Shown here: one piece after another, positions 14,501 through 27,300 of the stretch
Layout: every line of letters starts with the position of its first letter
Position numbering within the stretch: position 1 is the stretch's first letter
Origin: Mizuhopecten yessoensis
Lineage: Eukaryota
Direction of reading: 5' to 3'
Assembly: GCF_002113885.1 (NCBI RefSeq)
Contig: NW_018408827.1
Span: forward strand, 105,553-169,552
Length of the DNA: 64,000 nucleotides
The notes under the pieces: model-generated
Databases searched by the model: none
What the model was told of the DNA's origin: nothing
Seen by the model: only the letters and a program-made list of their open reading frames with translations
Made by a program: the position numbers and the translations under genes

Positions 14501-14986
14501 CGCATTGCGGCATCGGAGAGTTCCAAATTCGTGACGTCACGTTAGTGTTGAGCCAATGTGACGTCACGTCACGTCAAATTTGGTGTAACTTAGACATTTT
14601 CTACAACCCTTTCCTACCCTGGGCAGCTCTGGGAAATGAGAGAAACAAATATACGTCATACTCACCTTTCCAAAGTCGCTGAGGTAAATTGTGTTGTATG
14701 GTTCGGGTTTAGGTAATAGTGGGGATACCTCTGTTCCCGCTAGTTTTAAGAGAAGACGTCTGTTGGTGTAGTCGTATGAGAGCGCCACTGTCCCATTGAT
14801 GTAAGAGTAAGCTGTTCGGGGAGACTTTTGACTTGCTCCTGCTTTTCTATCGATAAACACGTTCCCATATCCTACGAAAGCAGTTCCTTCGAACTGATCA
14901 GGTGCACAGCATATTTCCTCTGCATGTAACGGCTTCTTACATATCAGAATCAAAGCAACTGTTGCCAAACCAAACCAAACCCGCAT
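8507..14986 (-). CDS. Ependymin-related protein (EPDR family), secreted, ~251 aa, 5 exons
   Basis: Phase-consistent minus-strand exons 14986-14666, 11146-11065, 9589-9473, 9158-8983 and a probable last exon 8566-8507 (KYTHKIDPFRFILHQFGLH*). Features: signal peptide MRVWFGLATVALILIC, N-terminal CCAPDQFEG, SYDYTNRR, GIMYQV..SCQKSSL..MTRQCI, DCWPV, and C-terminal GIRNPSIFKPPPQC, the invertebrate ependymin cysteine/proline pattern. An AATAAA lies on the minus strand at ~8388-8393. The alternative is read-through of exon 4 to the stop at 8950. Confidence 0.85.
11275..12590 (+). mobile_element. 5'-truncated non-LTR retrotransposon (LINE) 3' end, interrupted by a minisatellite
   Basis: FYLKEPIDQMYKKSISSIRLSSHKINVESGRY..ARANRVCTLCDNGD, then after the repeat IKDELHFNLKCPLYSNLRVRYLKSSYFRRPSVF. 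This is the Cx2C...HxxxxC C-terminal knuckle of LINE ORF2. A 3' tail aataaatgaattgaa is at ~12573-12587. Confidence 0.75.
11440..12218. repeat. 26-bp minisatellite, ~30 copies
   Basis: Unit tgtacattgtgtgataatggagatgt spanning 779 bp. It explains the repetitive ORFs at 11319-12241. Confidence 0.97.
12793..13876 (+). mobile_element. Decayed CR1/L2-type LINE reverse-transcriptase fragment with 3' UTR
   Basis: SGVPRGSVLG..YINDMP, RLFADDT (RT catalytic motif), WMMKFHPDKCNVL, KYLGVTISSDLKWNTHI, AYMSLVRSTLEYACTTWDP, VQRRAAR. It contains frameshifts and an in-frame TGA (~13193), and lies antisense within ependymin intron 1. Confidence 0.9.
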
Positions 14987-15707
14987 CTTGACTAATATTG
15001 CAATCCTGTTGTATGTTATTAACCAATGCTTAAACAGTACAGCTATCAGTGAAAGCTAGAATCCTTTTATTCATGTATGATAATTAAGATACTATGAGTA
15101 CTGAACACAATGCTATCAGTTGTTTATGAAGATAGCAGCAATACTATCTGTCGTTCTATTCACGTTCTACCTTAGATAAAGTATCAACAATTCAATCAAG
15201 ATACGACGTGTCATATATATAAACTAGATGTGTATATTATTTGTTGATGTCAGTTTAAGAGAGGTTTTTGCTTAACTTCGGTAATATATGGCATATAAAA
15301 ATAGCGTTTTAATTATGTTCATATTTTTCGTAAATATCATCAGTGATATTGACCCCAACAGAAACATAATTTAATCACAATTAAAGAAAAACTGCGCACA
15401 GCGGGAGCTCGCCGTTCAATGTAAGCTTCCACGCTGTGCATTGATCATGTTGTCTGTACCGTCAGGTCGATTACCCGAATGATAACATACCTTTACGTGT
15501 AACAAAGGGCAGCTAGATACTACTCCACCTGTATGGGAGAGAAATCATATAATACTGTTAAGAAATCTGATAAACACGAATTAAACAAAAAATAAAAAAA
15601 AATATCAATAGCTCCGGAAAGTGTTAACATTAAGTATTAAGAACTGTTTTGTTACTTCAGCTATCTAGCTGGTACATGTATATTACTGATCATGAGGATT
15701 TAGTTTT

Positions 15708-16050
15708 TTTGTTTAACGTCCAATTAACAGCTATGGTCATTTAAGGATATACCTCCATGTGATGTGTATGCGCGATTGTGTGTATGTGTGCTGAAGGCAG
15801 GGTATGTTCGTGAAATTGCCTCCTTGTGAAATCGCAGATCTGATGCACAATTTTTAATGTTGTCTCACTGAAATATCATGCCGAAGGCACCCAGCACGGC
15901 ATTCCGCCCGGTCACATTATGCTGACAACGGGTGAAATAGTTGCCCTTACCCTTAATGGTGAACGTTAAGTAGGGAATAAGAACTTCCGTTTAAAGGACT
16001 CTGGTATGTCCCGGCCTTGGGACAGAACCCATTGCCTACACCACCTTGTC
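15708..16050 (-). mobile_element. SINE-like element
   Basis: Its 3' tail (tttaacgtccaattaacagctatggtcatttaagga) is shared with 4524-4564 and, in reverse complement, with 32781-32820. Its body tctcactgaaatatcatgccgaaggcacccagcac recurs at 31386-31420. A tRNA-like head remnant lies near 16005-16040. Confidence 0.65.
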
Positions 16051-16649
16051 AAATGATCACCACCAAATCCAAAAAGAGAGGTATTGCAAAGCAAGGCGCT
16101 AGAAAATAAAAGGTTCACTGTAGTTAGAAGCAGAGAGAGATACTGAGATCCCAAATATTGCAATGGATGCAGCAGATCTATTTGGTCCCTTCCCGGAATA
16201 GAGGGCCAATCCCCAATTCTGCTGGGGGTTCAAACATTAGTCGCCTTTTAAGATACATGCAGATGTTATAGCAGGTATATTCTGTTTTCGATATCCGACC
16301 CGCAGAGATGGATCATGAGGAAGATGGACATGGGACAATATTGACATGAACAGTTTTCTATTCCTTTTATTATAAGTTTAAATTTATGTATAAATTATTT
16401 ACAAGATATGCATTTTTTAAACTCAATTTCTATTGATCTACTGGGCATAACAGTTTTCCTTCTTTCAGAAGATCGCGTTTAGATATGGAATAAGACATTA
16501 TTAATCATCAGACATTTGATTTAATAAATGTCTTTGAAAACATGTCTGAATAACATATATATGTAATACTTTTTGGTAACACGTGGAATGTTATTTTGTT
16601 ATATCACTTACATGAATGCATTTACCAACATAAGTACTTAAAAAAAGAT

Positions 16650-18880
16650 TGATATGTTCCTCCACTTGAATGTGTTACACCCTGTTCATTGTGTATATGG
16701 TATTATCTGATATGAAACATAGCATAATACTGTTTACAAATATGTACGTAAGGGAAAATGTTTGCTTGCAACGATTAAGAACCGGCACCAGATATGTAAC
16801 AAATAATTAACCAGCAGATACAAGAAGGCTCCAGACTTTATAAAAGAAACGTTTTTCATACCAGTTAGCCTTTAACTATGTTGATATGGCATTTACAGTC
16901 TCAACGAATTCATAGCTTTGTTGCGCACATGAAAATTTGTTTGATAGCAAAACTGTTCCCTTTGTATAAGATTATATTTGCCAAATCAAAACAGTTCAAT
17001 GCGTATATTTACCATTTAAGAGTATTTTAATATCATAAATTAATTAATATACTTTTATTAAAATGCTGGTTATAGTTCAAATTAGTGAAAGTATTGTATA
17101 TGCCTGTGCATTGAAAAGTAAAGCCCTCTTCTAAAGAGGGTAAATGGTTTCAAACTTTACGGTTATTACGACATAGCAATGATGACGTCAACACGTGGAT
17201 GCCACCTGGATTGGGTAGGTTTATATAGCGACATACAGTGGTAAAAGTACGACATGTTTAATATTAACAATACTTACATATATACCTTTGACAGGAATTG
17301 AGCAATAATTTTAACTGAATATAATAAATATATGCAAAATTGACTACACGTAATAAATAGCTGCACGATTAATGTTTTGTTCATATCAGTTGGTTGCGTA
17401 TATTTAATTGTAATAGTTTTTTATATGCGTTAATAATATATGTTAAATTTCGTGGACTTCTGCTAAGTGCACAAAGTTTGTTTCGTTACATTTATATAAG
17501 ATATAACCCGAAAAGCATAGAAAATACCTAGACACATCTGTAAGACATGTATTCCCTCTTGGCCTTGATAAACTAGTTTCATTGTTTGATAATTATCTAT
17601 CACTAGTACATGTAACAATGGCTTTGATCCAGTTGACCTATATATAGCAGTGACATTGACGTTCACTTTGGTACCCTGGAATACGACCTCATGGCCTCTG
17701 TATAAACTTTGAAACAAATATTTTATGTATTCTCTTTTCGGCAAAGGAAGTAAGAGTTGTTTCCCTTTTATTGTAGTGATTCTAATGCGACCAATTTCTA
17801 TAAACTGGTAACGTTTAAATAACTTGAAATCATAATCTTACTGGAAATTCATCACGTTCCTTCCTTAGCAATATCTTACAATTCGTGTGGATTCCCGTTC
17901 GCTGTTTCAGTGATTTGTTGTTCTCCGCTTTCGCTTTTGGTTTCGGCTAACCAGGAAATGTCGGAAACCTTATCGAGAGGACCGTCAGTATGATGTAATC
18001 CTGAGACAGACGTAAGTATGAATTTAGCATTTATTTAATGATTAATGATGTTTTCTAATGCAATTATTTGTTGTGTGTGTTAATAAAGTTTTTTGGATTA
18101 TTTGCTGTGTGTAGCCAATTATGCAGGCCTACAGTCGACTCAAATAGAGAGGACTTTGTAAATTGTGAAGGGGCGGGTGGCGGGTGTTTAGATTTCAAAT
18201 CACTTCCGGGATCGATCTCATATTATAATGTATATTCGTTGCATTATGTAAGAGTCACAAAAAGTAGAATACTGCGTTTGCTAATGTCAAGTGATGCACC
18301 TCTAACTTCAATTGTGGTTTCAGCTTTTTTCCTGTAAGTGTGTGCATGTACATAACAGCCACTTATATTTATATATCTGGGTTTAAAAAACCAAGCATTT
18401 ACTTTTGCTTTTCTTCTCAGGAAAACCCAACAAGATTTTGTAAACCAGTAGGTTTATGAAAACCCAGCATTCAATGACACTACCACAAATTTTGTATTTA
18501 TAATTTTATAAATCAATCATATTCTGTCCGAAAAGCATGTGCACGCAAGCTTGGTTATTTATTTATTTATTTGTGTAAACCAGTAGGTTTTTGAAAACCC
18601 AGCATACAATGTCATTAGCACAACATTTTTATTAAAATTTTATAAACCAATCATATTCTTTCCAAAAATGATATGCATGCAGGCTGGGCTATTTATTTAA
18701 CTAAACGTGAAACAACCAATTAGAATTGAAGAAGTCTGAATCAAACTTGGTCAACCAGACGAAAGAGTTAATGTCAATGATGACCTCCAGTCAGTGATAT
18801 GATTACTTCAGTAAATTATTAAATATTGCTGAATAGCTTTTTGGGTTGTTAGATATATCTTTTTGATTAATTAAAGAGAA
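16650..18880 (+). promoter_or_regulatory. Upstream/promoter block and probable non-coding exon 1 of IFI44-like copy A
   Basis: Collinear with 52810-55455 upstream of copy C. It contains TGACGTCA+CACGTG (17183-17197), the IRF-E/ISRE-like gctttcgcttttggtttcgg (17927-17946) and a conserved GTAAGT donor at 18012. Confidence 0.7.
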
Positions 18881-20159
18881 GAGGTCAAGTAAGCTGAACA
18901 TATATGTGTGTTTAGTAAGGAAGGGGTTTAATTGCAATGTACAAATTAGATCGGAATAGGTAAACTTATGTTTAATGTTATGGGGCTGTAACTAATGTAT
19001 TCAAAACCCATACTATGCTAGTATTATCGACGTATTTATCATTAATCATATTATAGAACCATGTTTTGCAATTCATTGTACTTTTTAATTTCAATCCGCT
19101 TACAAGTCCTGCGATTCAACACTGCATACGTAATATTTCTAGTTATATACTGAAATACAATATATCCAAAGCAATTATTAAATGAATGGATGACAAACAA
19201 CTTTTGCAAAGTTAATTGGTTACAATCAATGTAAGAAGAAAAATTATACTCACAATAGTTACTGTCAATAACTTATGAAACAAGCTAATCTACTTCTCTA
19301 AAAGAAAAGATAATGAAAAAGATTACAAACTCTCATCATACATTGAATGTTAAACTAAAGATTGACCCTGATTTAAATCGGTTATCTCATATTTGTACGA
19401 CTATGTACATGTATAATGTATATCCAGTACACAGAAATGAACATCTGGTAATAAGATGAAATATATTTTCAGTTATTGGAGTAGCCACATTTAGAATATT
19501 GTCAGGACCAGGACGTGTCAAATAATCAGTGACCAGGTCTATCTAAAGTTATAAAACGAACAACATAGACACAAGGAAATTTAAGACATTTTATAATGAA
19601 ATAGATCAGCTGAGATAACCTCTTAAGTCAACGTCTGGTTTTGAATACGTGGTTTCGAGTTACTGATAACGCCGCATGTGTGCAAAACATCAGCCAGGTA
19701 AATGCTATATGTTCCCGCTTTCGGTACACAAAACACATGTACATGGATTCAGGTTCACGCTGTGATTACAATCTTTATAATAATATAAAGGCTTTATTTA
19801 TTTATTTACATATTAAGCATGAATCTAATCTTATATATGGTCAAGATACAATGTATGATAAAATGTACAATATTTACAGTTTTGGGTGACTGGATATATA
19901 AACTCGTCTTGTACACGCATTTCATTTGCTGTCAGTCAAATCCTCTACAGCACAGCACGAATTGTATCGTGATATCTTTCGACTCACTGAGCTCTGAAGT
20001 GCAAACACAAAGACACTCTCTGGAAGATTCAACAATTGGAATGATATACAACTAACAAATAATTTACGTATACACTTATAACTAACATAGGAAGCTGTCT
20101 TAAAGTTAACCAAGACATCACAAGTGATACAGATCCTCTCATTCACACATTGCGACATA

Positions 20160-20478
20160 TGTAAGAGGAAATAAAGTCGCTAGAGCGATGACAAAGTTTG
20201 TTCTACAAATAGTAACAATATCTTGACCTTCAACGTAGAATGCCGAAAGTAATAATTGTTCAACAAAGTTTTTCTAAAAATGGTATCAATGACCTTGACC
20301 TTCAACGTAGAAACCTGAAACGCCAATATGTTCACGGCATTGCCATACCAAACACTTGTATAACGTTTCATGAAATTCCTTTGAGGAATAAAGTCGGTAA
20401 AGCGATGACAAAGAGTGCAATATACGTACGTACGGGCGGAATCCTATAACCCCTAGAACTTTCGTTGCGAGGGGATAC
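20160..20478 (-). mobile_element. Non-autonomous Helentron/HINE-like fragment
   Basis: Repeated gaccttgacctt and gaggaataaagtcg motifs, a (gtac)n microsatellite, and a terminal hairpin-like acccctagaactttcgttgcgaggggg typical of bivalve interspersed repeats. Confidence 0.5.
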
Positions 20479-21342
20479 TTGCTGTTTGTTGTTATTTTTA
20501 TGCAAACTGCAAATACTGCAAGGGAATATAACCCATTTCATCAGGAGAGATACACACATCAACCACACATCACCCACAAACACTTACATTTACAATGTAC
20601 ATATGCAAATATGTGCCAAGTTTGTTTGGTACACGAACAGTTGTTGAAAGCTTATTTAGGATGTTTCGAAAATTGTTTTTCCTTTGCCAAGCAAATGACC
20701 TGTGTCGCGACTCTAAACCAATAAAAACAAATTACTAATCCACGAGGCACCGAGTCAGTTACGCCAAATGTCAGAAAATATAGGGATAGTTCGTACAAAT
20801 AATACCCTTTTACTGCTGGCAGGTACGGAACGGATAGCATGTTTATCCATTCCGCCTCTTAGTGGATATTTAGATGTGGTCATAAAGATGCTGCTGCTGG
20901 TGTCCTCCTTGTCTCTGTTCATCGATTTCCTCTGCTACCCTCCTAACTTAGATGGATTCTAAGATGTGGTTGTGTATGTTAGTATGGTTAATAAATGGGT
21001 ACTTCAGTGTTTTAACATATATACATGTAGTCTCTCTTTTATGATGGTTGCTCTCTACAAAAAAATGATACATGTAAGTATGGGAATTTATTAATGAAAA
21101 TATTTGTCATTAAGGTAACTGTATTTGCAGCAGTCGTAAATTTGACAGTCGCTTGGGATAATTTAAAGGGCTTTAAAATATTATTTATGTCGGTTTTCCT
21201 CGTATTTGCCAATACAGTACAATGGTCGGTCACCGTTAGTTGTAAAAATATCCAAATGGTCAAATATGCGCAAGTCTATGAGGACATTGGCTTCCTGCAT
21301 TTGTTCTGGCTCCATAAACTGTATCTTTTTGCAGTTAACACA

Positions 21343-24300
21343 ATGACGACCAAGCTAACGCAGACCCACACGGATCAACTTTCCAAATGGATTGACCCGT
21401 CAAAAAGCCATGCGTTTACTTTACTGTACAAGATCAGCCGTGACGGATTTAACGCTCAGACTTTCTATCGTTACTGTGACAACAAAGAGTCGACCGTCAC
21501 CGTCCTGTACAATACAAATAACTCAGTGTGCGGAGCGTACACAGCTGCCAACTGGAATTCCAACAGTTCATGTATCACCGATGCATATGCATTCTTGTTT
21601 AGGCTAGAGTATAACGGTACAGCACAGCCGATGAAGTTTCCTAACACAAGTAGAGGCGGCACAAACGCGATTTACGGGGATGCAGGTTATTGGCCAACAT
21701 TTGGATGTGGGCATGACTTGCACTGCTTCAGTGGAACTGTAAATAGATCCGGTAATTATTTCCGATTGAATGGTTCTGCCAGTATAGGCTATACGTACAA
21801 CATGCAGGGACAAAACTACAACACTGTGATGAACGGTCATCTACAAGTCCTGAATCTGGAAGTTTACAGTGTTCGAGGTAGTTGTTAAATTGAACATGAG
21901 GCTTAAACTGTCAGCCCTTCGAATGCATGTATATATAAACATTCGAAGGGAACAAAAGGTAACTAGGTGACAACATTGGTTTGGATTTCTGTCGAAAACT
22001 AGTTTTTTGTGAAAATCTCTTTAATTATTGACAGATTTTATCTAAAGAAAAGCGATTATAATATTATGACATAAAATAATATATCGGAGAGTTGTTCAAA
22101 CAGTTTTGAGAAGTTCTCAATAAGATATTTTAGGAGGAATGAAAAAAAGGATTTTTACAAACAAAAATAAAATGCAAACAAATATACCATAAATACCAAA
22201 ATCACTTGCGTTTAACAAAATTGATATTTTGTTGTATACTTCATCGTAAACTACGACTGGAATGAAATCCTTCCAAAACAAAATAACTACACAACTATTC
22301 AATATAATTCAAAATAAACCAAAGATCCGGATATCACAAATTAAAATACCAAAAACTTGCCTTCATAAAGCAAAACGATATCAATGTAATTGCAACGCCA
22401 TAACAAGATAATTACCAAGGAATAACAAGGTAGTGACAACGCAATGACAAGGAAATAACCACGCGATAACACGTTAATAACAATACGATAACAAGCTAAT
22501 GACAACGCTATAACAAGGTAATGACAAAACGATAAAAAAAATAATGATCAAGGAATAACAAGGTAAAAACCTTGCGATCACACGGTAATGACCACGCGAT
22601 AACACATTAATAACCACGAGTTAACAAGGTATTAACCAGGCGATAGCAAGGTTATGACCATGCGATTACAAGGTAATAACCATGTAATAGCAAGGTTATA
22701 ACCACGCGATAACAAGGTGATAACTACGGGATAGCAAGGTTATAACCACGCGTTAACAAGGTAATAACTACGCGACAACAAGGTAATGATAATGTGATTA
22801 CAAGGTAATGATCACGCGATAACAAGATAATAACAATCCCATTATAAGGTATTGAAAACGCGATACTAAGGTTAAGACCACGCTGTAAAAGGTTATTACA
22901 CGTGTACCACGCGACTTACAATTTGAAATACTTATGTATTTAATCTTTTTATCACCTTTTTAATAGCCTTATATATTGAAATACAAAAAGGAAATGATTT
23001 CTATCAAGCTTCGTACACTCACAGGCAGTGCATGATAGTCACAGTTGTTAGAATAGATCCAACGATATAATGTTATATAATTTTAATGTTTTTGGTACAG
23101 AGAAAGAAGTGAAGGAACAGATAGAGGAAGAAGAATTACTGCAAAGTAAGAAAAAAAAACAGATCATGGAAAAGCCATGGATGCGTAATATCGACTGGAG
23201 TTCCTCCGTATGTATAGGACTTGTTTGATAAATTTTGGAAATTTATTGATTTACGTAAAATGTGTTGTTGCCTGTGGGCATCACTTTGAACATGTTTTAA
23301 AAAATCAAATAAATCGATTTATTTAATAAACTGACACATCAAAATATGGCAGTAATTTTTAGGATCACTTTCAGGATGTTCTCTTTTTTTCCGAGGTTTA
23401 AAACACCTTCAAATCTCATTTTGATCTAGTTTAATTTTTTTTTAATGAAAACTGAAATTCTGAGCAACCTTGAAGCCAAATTTGTATCTGAAAAACGTGT
23501 CTAAAATAGATGCCTATCGCTTGCATACCGCTTTATAAAAAATCAACTAAATCTACGCCATTTGGATATCCCAAAAATGTGTATTTATTAACGTTTTCCA
23601 TTTTAACATAAGATATATCGCTAAAAGCGTCACTGTGTCGCCATTCTTAACTGTAGCAGATTGATGATTGTTGCGCAAGTTTTACTCATATGTCAAAACA
23701 AGTTTGATACAGGGTTTTATAACTTCGAACGGAAGTACATACTTTAAGAGAACTTACTGTTGTGGGTTTTCTTGTAGTTAAAGAGGTGGTCGCTTGCTAT
23801 GTTTTCTGTGACCTCGTTGTTAATGAACCTCAAGCGTTTAGATGTGTATAAATAAAGTTTTACCGATATGTTTTGCATAAAATTGTAAAATTAAAACAAG
23901 TATATAACGAAGAAAGATATTTCCGCTTTAACTTAGTATATTTTATCAGTACTTCTCTAAGTCTTCAAATTCATCAATTAAGGGATGATTTTACGAACCT
24001 GCCGCTCTATTTCAAAATTGGTTAAGACTAATTTTAATTTCTAACTTTCTGGTCCCTTGCATCACCGATTAGTCCTAAAAGGATGAAACAGCTGTATGAA
24101 TCAGTATACTGTAATTTATATTTGGCATACTAGGTACATGTACTCATTAGTCAAGAGCAATGCTGTCTTTTTCGTTTCGATTTCAATCTATAAATGACGG
24201 ACGTTTATTTTGATTAGACTTTTGTGAGAAAGAGTTTATTATTAATTTATGTTATACATACAGTTTGGGAAAGAGATAAAGAGCAAAGTGGCCACCTATA

Positions 24301-27300
24301 AACCATTATCCGGACTAGATCTCCAGCAGGCGAGGATCCTGTTGGTCGGTCAGGTCGGATCTGGGAAGTCCAGCTACTTCAACACCATCAACTCCATCTT
24401 CCGGGGACACATCAGCGCCCAGGCCAACGCTGGCAGCGCTGAACATAGTCTTACAACATCTGTGAGTATAACTAGAAATATGTCAAAATGACATGAAAGT
24501 CACCCCATCTCCTGTATAATAAATCATTGACCAAGCTACAACTGACAGATTTGCACCTGTCAATCAAAATGGTCTGACAATGACTAGGTGTATATGCATA
24601 CACGCTGTTTAGGTAACCATGCCAACACATGGATATAATAATAAAGCATGTGGTTGATTTACTTGAAGAAAATGTTCTGTGTTTTATGACCATAAAACAC
24701 TAGCGCTGCAAATAATTTCATTTGTTTTATTTCTGTGACATTCTCTGGCCTTCTGCATCCCAATTTCAAGGCCTTCCACATTCAAGCGGGCCGAAGTGCC
24801 AAGATGAGATATTACATCTGTTAAAATGAAAAACAAATGATATAAGAGAACTGAACATGCATATTAGAGCAAATCATTTTCACCAAAACTAAAGGCTGAT
24901 AATTTAGGAATTTCCCATCCCTATCACTAATTTGTACTGGTATTGTATTGATGGTTATTTGTCTCCATATTATCAGTTGATAATTCTCAGTAAAAATAAT
25001 TTGTTGGTAGTATGTCAATGTATTCACATATTAAAACATTAATCGGTGGCACATATAATTATCGGCAAATTGTCGTCTCGATCAGAGTCAATTAACCCAT
25101 TATCCTTTGTTATCTGTCCGTCAAGTTTTCATTTAAAATCCTTCTCCTAAATAACACCTGGCCATGCTACAGGGAATTGACTTCCTGAATTATTACAGTT
25201 AGATCCATATCCAATTACCATGTATACATGTACATACATTTCTTACAATGGTTGCTCCCAATGCCAAGTCGATCCCTGGGGAAACGGTTGTGATCCCCAT
25301 ATATATACATGTATGTATACACTAAAAGGATAAAGAAACGCAGGGTAAATATTTGAGGTGATTTATGTTATATTGAATGTTATATACAATATTTTATGTT
25401 TTGATCACAACGAAACTTGTCATTAAGCATCATTGACTATACGTACCTAGTAGTCAATTGTTGAATAAAGAAAACATGTTACTTATTGAGATCAGAGAGG
25501 TTATACAAAAAGGAGTAACTTGCAGATTTTAAAATCTTTAAAAGCCGTCTCCTCATGTTCAGAAAGTTGAGCATATTTCAATCAAATTGGTTAGGAAGCA
25601 TTCCTGGCATCAGGGCACACGAAGTGGTCACCCATTACAATTGGTCTCTTAATATACGTTTAGCTGTTACGGAATAGGAAGATTCAAAACTGGTTTCTAT
25701 AAACAAGTGGTATCTTTATATAAGTGGTCTCATGAGCAGGTTTGACTTGATTACTTCTGGTGAGATATTTGCCATAATTGCTTATACATCCAGGTTAGCA
25801 ACGGGTCATGTGCGCCTCTTGTTACTAAACTAGGTTAAATCAAACTATGGTCTGGTTTACGTGAAACTAGGAAAGTTGATCATATGAAACTATGAACTGG
25901 CCCATATAAACAGTGAAAACGAACGTAAAACACATACAAATGTCGTTGCAAACGGTTGGTAATATTTACAGATGCCAACAAATGCATATAAGTGACACTG
26001 CATCATTAAGCTGCTTCGTACCTTTAGAGTTATTGATGATGGTAGGGGCCAAAACGTGTTTAAATTTGAATTTAAATTTTAAGTTTCACTATTATGAACT
26101 GGCTCAAGTTGATCTAGAAACTGGGTCACGTTCTCGTTAAGGTTCTTTTTGAATCCTCTGCATTTGCTGATTCAATTTCAAGTTGAGTAAGCATTTTTAT
26201 TGCTTTTAGTTTCTCTATTTTGCACAATTTAGTACAGGACATATCAGGTAATGGACGGATATGCTGGGAAACCTCTCAACTTTCGGTTATGCGACACACG
26301 TGGTCTTGAGGAAGACCAAGGTCTTGATGATCACGATATTGACTATCTACTTGAGGGTCACGTGCCAGACAGGTACAAGGTGAGTGTGTAGGTTTCTTTT
26401 TACAAACAATTATCTGTTTTTGTTTCGTGGGAATAGTTGTGCTTAACTTGAATAGTATCTACATATAGAATGTATATATATATGTATTCAGTGCGTTAGT
26501 CTGTCCCACCGTCTATCTTTCTGTCCATCAGTGGAGGGAAGTTTTTCAATAGTACTGCTACTTTCTTCCTGAGGCATATTTTATTTAATTTTGTTTATGT
26601 GATCAACTAAAAGTTGTGTGCTTGTGGTTATTTGTATTTAAGCTATTTTTTTTTAGAGTTATGCTCTTTTTCTGGTCTTTTTTATTTGGGAGGATTTTGA
26701 TTAGCATTGACACACACAGGCCATGTGCAGATTCTGTTAAAGACTAGTTAGGCAATTGCAGCAGAAATACTTATTGTATTGTAGCAGTGTTTTGAGTGTT
26801 CTTTGTTAAGCAAATACTTAGCAGTGATTAGAACATTTCCAGGAGTTATTGTTTTTGCTGCTCAAAAGTATATGCGATTGCCAGGAATAGTTTGGAAACA
26901 TTCCGGAATTGATTCTTATCAACATACAACCATCTAGAGGTTAAATACCAGGTGATGTTATCCATATTGATACAGTGTAATTTTAGTGCTGGTGTGGCTA
27001 CATTTTAGTTACAAATGAACAAACAGTTTTTCAAAAGAATATTTTTACTAGTGCCATGTTAATCTTAAATTCTCCATCATCTGCCGTTGTCTGTACTTAA
27101 ACAAATCATGTTTTGGCTATTTCTAAAGAGTACCGGACAGATATTTATCAAATTCGATATGCGGGTTTCCCTCTGTACTTGGTTGTGAATTTAACATTTA
27201 GAGTTGGATTGTAAGAACGAAATGGCCAAAAGCCATTTGTTTAAAATTTTGACATTTTGTTTATTTTTTTCATTTTTGAGGAAGTTCGGCGTAGTTCTTC

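Noticed and set aside
14485-14580. Cluster of TGACGTCA motifs in ependymin intron 1
   Set aside because: It appears to sit inside a repeat-like segment (~14157-14650), with no independent evidence of regulatory function.
21094-21342. Hydrophobic N-terminal extension of the 264-aa ORF (apparent signal peptide on TLDc)
   Set aside because: It lies upstream of a good acceptor (tttttgcag, 21334), and paralogues B and C start at the equivalent ATG, so it is intronic open frame by chance.
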